This document shows, one piece after another, positions 57,743 to 64,000 of a stretch of 64,000 bases of DNA (its first letter is position 1; each line of letters begins with the position of its first letter). The notes beneath the pieces are model-generated. The model was given only the letters and a program-made list of their open reading frames with translations, had not been told where the DNA came from and searched no databases. This DNA is from Candidatus Pseudothioglobus singularis (lineage in GTDB: Bacteria; Pseudomonadota; Gammaproteobacteria; PS1; Pseudothioglobaceae): contig JAOGRV010000006.1 of assembly GCA_028107545.1 (NCBI GenBank), forward strand, positions 158 to 64,157. Direction: 5' to 3'. A program made the position numbers and the translations under genes.

Positions 57743-60700
57743 ATGAATGCTTTCTTAAATTTTCTTGTTCGACAAAAAAAGTTGGCTCTCCTGTTTACTT
57801 TATCAATTGTCATACTTGGATTTATGACACTACAAAAAATACAGCGTGACACCTATCCTGTCATAGAATTTGACCGACTATCAATCAATACCTCATATCC
57901 GAGCGCCTCTCCAAGAGATGTTGAGAAGAATATTACTAATGTTATTGAGAGCAAAATAAAAGGAATTTATGGAATTAAAGAGTTAACCTCAACCTCCTCA
58001 GAGGGTTCATCTCGTATCAATATAGAAATTGATGAAGAGGTGGATGATATTCAGGAGGTAAAGGATAGTATTTCTGAGGCGGTCAATGAAATCGAAGACT
58101 TGCCTGAGGATGCAAATGATCCAAGAGTGGTTGACAGAACCAGTACGGAGTGGCCAATTCTTACAATTGTTATTGGTGGCGACAGTATCAATGTTGAGAC
58201 CGCCAAAGCCATTGCAAATAATATTGAGAAAAATCTATCTTTGATTGATGGCGTTTCAAGTGTGAATGTAAGCGGGGATTCAGAGAGAGAAGTTCAAATC
58301 AGAATCAATCCAGAAAAGCTCTTACAGTATCAACTCTCTTTTGATCAGGTCAGAAGTGTCATCGCGGATCAAAATGTTCGCTCTGCTATTGGTGATAATA
58401 ATCAAGGAAGGAATCAAAAAAATATAGTTATTATCTCTGAATATGAAACCATGGAGTCTTTGGAGAATGTTGTTGTAAAGTCTAGTTTTGATGGGCCAAC
58501 TATTTTATTAAAAGACATTGCAACCATCGATGAGGGTGAAATCGGTTTCAACACAGTTACTCGTATTAATGGAACTAAGGGTTACATTCTTAAAGTTACA
58601 AAAACAGAAAAAGCAGACGTTATTAGAACGATTGAAAAAGTAAGGGCGACTTTAGATACCCTTAAAGAGTCTTATCCTTCAAATCTCAATTTGATTGTTA
58701 CTGATGACAGATCAAAGCCGGTATCCAATCGATTAAACATTGTAATGAATAATGCTCTAGTGGGACTGGCTCTAATTATGGTAGTTTTGGGTTTATTTTT
58801 GTCTTTAAAAACTGCATTCTGGGTTGCTGTGAGCATCCCTGTGACGCTATTAGGAACCGTAGCTTTTTTGGGCTTCGCAGGTGAAACAATTAATTTAATT
58901 TCAACGATTGGAATGGTTTTAGTGCTAGGTCTGGTTGTGGATGACAGCATCATCATAGCTGAGAGTATTCACCACTTCAAAGAGAAGGGTGGTGACGTCT
59001 ATCAAAATATCGTTGATGGCCTTAAAAGAGTCATCATGCCTGTTATTACGACTATTTTAACTACTGTCCTTGCCATATCTACTGTTCTATTAGTAAGCGG
59101 CACCACGGGAAAATTTATATACATATTGCCCATTACTGTGATCTGTGCACTAACGTTTTCATTACTTGAGGTAAGCATCGCCTTACCGGCCCATATGTCT
59201 GGTAGTGAGGCAAAAAAACAAAAAACATGGTTTAAACCTGTCGAAAGGTGGTTTGAAAAAGCATTATTAGTAATTCTTAGGTGGCGCTTTATCATTTTGA
59301 GCCTGTTTATTGCTCTTCTTGCTTTTAGTGCTTATATAGGAACAAAAGAAATTTCTTATATCCAGTGGCCATCGAGCGGAACCAATTCAATAAATATCAG
59401 AGTGCAGACTCCTCTTGGGACTCCAGTTGAGACAACAGAGCAGTCCATCATCAAAATTGATGAGATTATTATGGATAAGGTTGGCTCAAATCTAGACTTT
59501 TTTACAAGCACAATTGGATCAAGAGGATCTAATCGAGCGGCTATTGCAATTACGTTGATTCCAGCTAATGACCGTGAAGCCACTGCCAAGGATATTATAG
59601 AAATTCTAAAGGTAGAAACACAAGATATTGAAGGCGTTTCAAGGATTAATTTTAGGACAAATAGGGGTGGCCCTAGAGGCGCTCTTGATATTGAGCTCAG
59701 TTTAATTGGAAGTAATGACGAGCAGCGTCAAGCAGCTGTCGATCAGCTTGAAATAATTCTTAATAGCTTCGAGGGTGTAAGCGACATTGATCGTGATGAT
59801 GATTTAAGCAAAAATCGAATTGAAGTTTTGTTAGATTATGAGTCAATGGCAAGATTAGGTATTCAATATCAGCAGGTTTATAGTCACTTAAGGACGATCT
59901 ATTCTGGCATGGATGTTTCTGATGTTGAGTTTAATAATGCTAGCTTAAACGTGAAAATGTATCTTGGTGATAGTAACTATTCTGATGATTATATTACGAA
60001 AACCTCGATCAGAAATAATCAAGGAAGAATGATTCCAATGTCTCAATTTGCAAATGTTATTGAGACTCAGGGTGATCCAAACTACAAGCATTTGAATGGT
60101 GAGCGAGTTGTTAAAGTAAGTGCTGCGGTTGAAGATTCAGTAACTACTGCACAATCTGTCTCAAAAAGAGCACTTGATGAGCTCGATTTGATTAACAATT
60201 TTCCTGAAGTTCGTGTCATAGAAGGTGGAAGCTCCTTAGAAGCAAAAGAAGCCTTGAGTGATTTTTCTTTGGCGCTTGGTTTTGCTGTATTTGGAATATA
60301 TATGCTTATATCGCTTCTTTTTAATTCATACTCTCAGCCATTATTAGTTATCCTCAGTATTCCTTTTGCTTTAATTGGTGTTGTTTGGGCTTTTTTCTTT
60401 CACTCTGAGACATTTAGCTTTTTCGTTTTGCTTGGCGTCTTGGCATTAGTAGGCGTTGTTGTAAATGACTCGTTAGTGATGATAAGCCATCTAAATTTTA
60501 TTAAGAAAAATAAAGATATGGATGGTTCATCAATCGAGTGGATTGCAAAGGGCGCAAAAGACCGCCTAAGGGCAGTCATATTAACGACCCTTACAACACT
60601 TGCAGGCGTTTTGCCACTGATTTATGGCTTTGGAGGTAAAGATGCATTCTTACAGCCAATGGTTATGGCTCTTGGCTATGGATTATTATTTGGAACTTTT

Positions 60701-60787
60701 GTGACTTTAATACTGCTTCCTTGTTTGTACTCAATTAATCTTGATGTTTCCAACTGGTTTTCGAGGTTAAAGACTAGGTTTCTTTAA
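57743..60787 (+). CDS. RND-family efflux transporter
   Basis: YPSASP..VE..IT, GLVVDDSII, GVVVNDS, RLRAVILTT, QPMVMAL. Confidence 0.95.
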   Translation: MNAFLNFLVRQKKLALLFTLSIVILGFMTLQKIQRDTYPVIEFDRLSINTSYPSASPRDVEKNITNVIESKIKGIYGIKELTSTSSEGSSRINIEIDEEVDDIQEVKDSISEAVNEIEDLPEDANDPRVVDRTSTEWPILTIVIGGDSINVETAKAIANNIEKNLSLIDGVSSVNVSGDSEREVQIRINPEKLLQYQLSFDQVRSVIADQNVRSAIGDNNQGRNQKNIVIISEYETMESLENVVVKSSFDGPTILLKDIATIDEGEIGFNTVTRINGTKGYILKVTKTEKADVIRTIEKVRATLDTLKESYPSNLNLIVTDDRSKPVSNRLNIVMNNALVGLALIMVVLGLFLSLKTAFWVAVSIPVTLLGTVAFLGFAGETINLISTIGMVLVLGLVVDDSIIIAESIHHFKEKGGDVYQNIVDGLKRVIMPVITTILTTVLAISTVLLVSGTTGKFIYILPITVICALTFSLLEVSIALPAHMSGSEAKKQKTWFKPVERWFEKALLVILRWRFIILSLFIALLAFSAYIGTKEISYIQWPSSGTNSINIRVQTPLGTPVETTEQSIIKIDEIIMDKVGSNLDFFTSTIGSRGSNRAAIAITLIPANDREATAKDIIEILKVETQDIEGVSRINFRTNRGGPRGALDIELSLIGSNDEQRQAAVDQLEIILNSFEGVSDIDRDDDLSKNRIEVLLDYESMARLGIQYQQVYSHLRTIYSGMDVSDVEFNNASLNVKMYLGDSNYSDDYITKTSIRNNQGRMIPMSQFANVIETQGDPNYKHLNGERVVKVSAAVEDSVTTAQSVSKRALDELDLINNFPEVRVIEGGSSLEAKEALSDFSLALGFAVFGIYMLISLLFNSYSQPLLVILSIPFALIGVVWAFFFHSETFSFFVLLGVLALVGVVVNDSLVMISHLNFIKKNKDMDGSSIEWIAKGAKDRLRAVILTTLTTLAGVLPLIYGFGGKDAFLQPMVMALGYGLLFGTFVTLILLPCLYSINLDVSNWFSRLKTRFL

Positions 60788-60789
60788 AT

Positions 60790-60975
60790 TTACTCTCCAA
60801 AAAAGTCATTTTTTCTGCCATCTGTAAAGTCTCTAGATAAGAACTTTGTTAGTCCAATAATTGACCACCAAAATGCGCCGTACAATATCACTTTAAGGCA
60901 TAGCAAAATGTCCTTATAAATGAATCCTACAGCTATAAGCGTTAGAATAAATAGCGTTATGAGAAGCTTATTCAT
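60790..60975 (-). CDS. Small membrane protein
   Basis: 61 aa, two hydrophobic segments. Confidence 0.5.
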   Translation of the reverse strand: MNKLLITLFILTLIAVGFIYKDILLCLKVILYGAFWWSIIGLTKFLSRDFTDGRKNDFFGE

Positions 60976-61162
60976 TATCTAATTATATTTAAGTTATCTT
61001 GAAAGTTTGTCAGACTTATCTTCTAATTATTGTCTTAAAAATCAAAAATATTATGAGCAATCTTTTTTTTAGCTCAGTAAAAAGGTCTACAATAATTTAT
61101 TCAAATTAGAAAGAGTTTGAATAAATTTATTAATTACATACTAAACAAAAGGAGGGGTAGCG

Positions 61163-62800
61163 ATGAAGTTATTTAAGAGATTTCATTCTATTAGATTAAG
61201 TAAAGTAAGATCAATGCCTTTAGTAATTGGTCTGAGCTGTTTTTTATCATTAGGCCTGTCTTCACAGCCTGTATTTGCTGATGGTCATAAATCATTTGAA
61301 ATAACCATTCTTCATACAAATGACTTTCATGCCAGATTTAGACCAATAAGCAAGTATGACAATAACTGTTCACCAGAAAATAATGCCGATGGCAAATGCT
61401 TTGGAGGTTCTGCTCGCTTAATTTCAGCGATTGAAGATGCACGCTCTAGACACAAGAACACAATCTTGCTTGACGGTGGTGATCAGTTCCAGGGTACCCT
61501 TTTCTACACCATGTATAAAGGGAAAGTAGCAGCAGAAATGATGAATAAGATGCAATACGATGGTATGGCAGTTGGTAATCATGAATTTGATGATGGGCCA
61601 GTAACATTAAGGGCTTTTATGGATACTGTGAACTTTCCAGTATTGATGGCGAATGCTAATGTGGATCTTGAGCCTGAGCTCAAAGACAAATTACAAAAAT
61701 CAACCATTATTGTTAAAGATAACCGAAAGATTGGACTTATTGGTGTCGTGACTGAGGATGTAGTTGATATTTCTAGTCCTGGCGATAACATTATCTTTAC
61801 TGATGCCATTACTGCAGTTCAGGCTGAAGTCGATGCGCTAACTCAGCAAGGCGTTAATATCATTATCCTTTTATCTCACTCTTCATATGCAATTGATAAG
61901 GAGATTGCAGCTAATACAACCGGTGTTGATGTGATTGTAGGCGGACATGATAATACTTACTTGTCTAATGTTAGTGACAGGGCAAAGGGTCCTTATCCAA
62001 CCGTTGTAAATGATACTCAGATTATCCAGGCTTATGCGTATGGAAAGTTTCTTGGTGAGCTTTCAGTTGTCTTTGATGACAAAGGAGAGGTTGTATCTGC
62101 AACTGGTGAGCCAATCACAATTGATAAATTAATTAGTGAAAATAGTGACGTTATTGCTCGCCTGGATGAGCTTGAAGTGCCAATTAACGAACTCAAAGAA
62201 AGAGAGGTCGGTAGTGTCTCTAGTGAGTTAAATGGAAACAGGGCAGTTTGTAGAGTCCAGGAGTGTGATATGGGTAATATGATCGCAGACGCAATGAGGC
62301 ATGCTGTAATGGATAAAGGCTATACAATAGCACTTATGAATTCAGGTGGCATTAGAGCTTCGCTTGATTCTGGCAAAGTCACTCTTGGAGAGGTTATGAC
62401 GATTTTGCCCTTCCAGAATACTTTGGCAACCTTTAAGGTTACAGGGAAACAGCTGCTAACTGCTATTGAGAATGGTGTTAGTGAGGTTGAGGATGTTGCT
62501 GGAAGATTCCCTCAAGTCTCAGGAATGCGCTTTACTTTTGATGCAAGTAGACCTGCTGGTGATAGGGTAACTTCAATTGAGACTCAGGATGAGTATGGCT
62601 GGAGCAACTTAAATCTTTATGGAACCTACGGTATGGTATCAAACAACTTTATCCGGGGTGGTGGCGATGGATACAAGGTATTCCGCTCTGCTTCTGATAT
62701 TTATGACTTTGGTCCTGACTTAGCAGATGTGGTTGCTGATTATATTGATGCAAACCCTGGTTATTCTGGTTATACCGATGGTCGAATTAATCAAGAGTAG
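61163..62800 (+). CDS. Periplasmic 5'-nucleotidase/UDP-sugar hydrolase (UshA family)
   Basis: LHTNDFH, DGGDQFQGT, GNHEFD, GGHD, NSGGIR, GGDGY. Confidence 0.93.
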   Translation: MKLFKRFHSIRLSKVRSMPLVIGLSCFLSLGLSSQPVFADGHKSFEITILHTNDFHARFRPISKYDNNCSPENNADGKCFGGSARLISAIEDARSRHKNTILLDGGDQFQGTLFYTMYKGKVAAEMMNKMQYDGMAVGNHEFDDGPVTLRAFMDTVNFPVLMANANVDLEPELKDKLQKSTIIVKDNRKIGLIGVVTEDVVDISSPGDNIIFTDAITAVQAEVDALTQQGVNIIILLSHSSYAIDKEIAANTTGVDVIVGGHDNTYLSNVSDRAKGPYPTVVNDTQIIQAYAYGKFLGELSVVFDDKGEVVSATGEPITIDKLISENSDVIARLDELEVPINELKEREVGSVSSELNGNRAVCRVQECDMGNMIADAMRHAVMDKGYTIALMNSGGIRASLDSGKVTLGEVMTILPFQNTLATFKVTGKQLLTAIENGVSEVEDVAGRFPQVSGMRFTFDASRPAGDRVTSIETQDEYGWSNLNLYGTYGMVSNNFIRGGGDGYKVFRSASDIYDFGPDLADVVADYIDANPGYSGYTDGRINQE

Positions 62801-62822
62801 TTAAAAATCAATTAACTAGATT

Positions 62823-62853
62823 AAAAGGGCCAACATCATGTTGGTCCTTTTTT
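62823..62853. terminator. Bidirectional intrinsic terminator
   Basis: AAAAGGGCCAACA-TCA-TGTTGGTCCTTTTTT between convergent genes. Confidence 0.85.
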
Positions 62854-64000
62854 ATTGGGTGTGCTCTGAGATAAAAGTTTCTGCTCTATCAAAGATTAAC
62901 TCTTTGCGTTCTGGGGAAAGCCTATCAAGAAATGTAGCCTGCAGGGAAAGTCTTGGATTAGACTGATAGAAGCTTCTATTTTTTTCGATAAAACGCCAAT
63001 AGAGCCCATCAACAGTGTCACACCAATCACCCCTTTTATAATTACTCATTTTTAAGAAATAATTTGATCCACAGGTATAAGGCTTAGTAGACATTAGCCC
63101 ACCATCTGAATAGGTTGCCATGCCAAAAACATTGGGCACCATAACCCAATCTGAAGAGTCAATATACATCTCCATGAACCAACGGTAAATCTCTTTAGGG
63201 TCTATTTCACAAAGATTCATAAGGTTGCTGATTACCATAAGTCTTGGTATGTGATGATTGTAGCCATCCTGAAGTGCGGTTTTAATGGAGTCATCAAGAG
63301 GTAGAATGCCCGTTGAGGCTTCGTACCAGCTGTCAGTTAATTTGCCAGTGTGGTCCCAGTAATTGCTGTTAAGCTGGAAATCACCTTTTTCTTGATAAAT
63401 ACCTCGGATGAATTCTCTCCATCCCAAAACTTGCCTAATGAAGCCCTCAAGAGAGTTCATAGGGATTTGAAATTCATCAGCACTTTCAAGCAGTATTTCA
63501 AGTATATTTTTTGGTGAAAGAAGTCCAATATTCATAGATGCGCTAATACAGCTATGAAACAAAAAGTTTTGACCCTCTAACATGGCATCTTCATAGACAC
63601 CAAAGTTAATCATCCTATTTCTAATAAAGTCCAAAAATTGTTCATTAGCTTCTTTGCGAGTGACTGGGAACCACGGATTATCAAGAAATCCAGGATGTTC
63701 ATCAAAATGCTTATTGATGAGAGTGCAGATTTCATCGTGGTACTTAGAAAGATTTGGCTTAGGTAGCTCTGGAATGACGGTCTTTGCAGGGATTTTCTTT
63801 CTATTTTCCTGATCAAAGGACCATTTACCTCCAGCAGGCTTTTGGTTTTCATCAAGCAATATATTAAATTTTTTCCTTCCTTGCTGATAAAAGTTAGCCA
63901 TCCTAAATACTTTTTTATCTTTATGTAGTGAGTGAAATTCTTCTCTAGAAAAGAGGAAGTTAGGAGATTGGTGAGAGACCATCTGGATATTAGATTTATT
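62852..64000 (-). CDS. Bacterial (6-4) photolyase/PhrB-like cryptochrome-photolyase (5'-truncated by window)
   Basis: GGKWSFD.ENRK, EGFIRQVLGWREF, HHIPRLM, KPY; frame is open to the window end. Confidence 0.9.
   Translation of the reverse strand, partial: NKSNIQMVSHQSPNFLFSREEFHSLHKDKKVFRMANFYQQGRKKFNILLDENQKPAGGKWSFDQENRKKIPAKTVIPELPKPNLSKYHDEICTLINKHFDEHPGFLDNPWFPVTRKEANEQFLDFIRNRMINFGVYEDAMLEGQNFLFHSCISASMNIGLLSPKNILEILLESADEFQIPMNSLEGFIRQVLGWREFIRGIYQEKGDFQLNSNYWDHTGKLTDSWYEASTGILPLDDSIKTALQDGYNHHIPRLMVISNLMNLCEIDPKEIYRWFMEMYIDSSDWVMVPNVFGMATYSDGGLMSTKPYTCGSNYFLKMSNYKRGDWCDTVDGLYWRFIEKNRSFYQSNPRLSLQATFLDRLSPERKELIFDRAETFISEHTQ

Overview
This is an AT-rich, gene-dense bacterial chromosome segment. 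Gene content and protein style suggest a streamlined marine gammaproteobacterium, probably SUP05/Thioglobaceae-like (inference, not verified). From left to right it holds: (1) a TctCBA tricarboxylate transporter and an iota-carbonic-anhydrase-like NTF2 protein; (2) an ~18 kb sugar cluster with two paralogous glucose-type ABC systems, an aldo-keto reductase, a LacI repressor, a GH1 beta-glucosidase and gnd-zwf-pgl-cupin-glk; (3) core genes (CbiX/SirB-like chelatase, hemH, slyD, rsgA, M48 peptidase, ilvE, aroK, TolC-family, lipid A acyltransferase, cysE, iscRSUA-hscBA-fdx, apbC, metG) and tRNA-Ser(GGA); (4) an accessory-looking region after the tRNA with a peroxiredoxin-like gene, an SpeD-like decarboxylase, pntAB, a cassette of unannotated microproteins, djlA, a 1969-aa Ig-repeat autotransporter next to an Asp/Asn beta-hydroxylase-family gene, more small ORFs, an RND pump, a 5'-nucleotidase and a (6-4)-photolyase-like gene. 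No CRISPR array, rRNA, integrase or transposase was seen. The strongest non-coding signals are: a conserved three-repeat promoter architecture shared by the three sugar operons, an anti-Shine-Dalgarno-loop hairpin after the first binding-protein gene, and an inverted-repeat-bounded microprotein cassette with an adjacent structured region upstream of pntAB.
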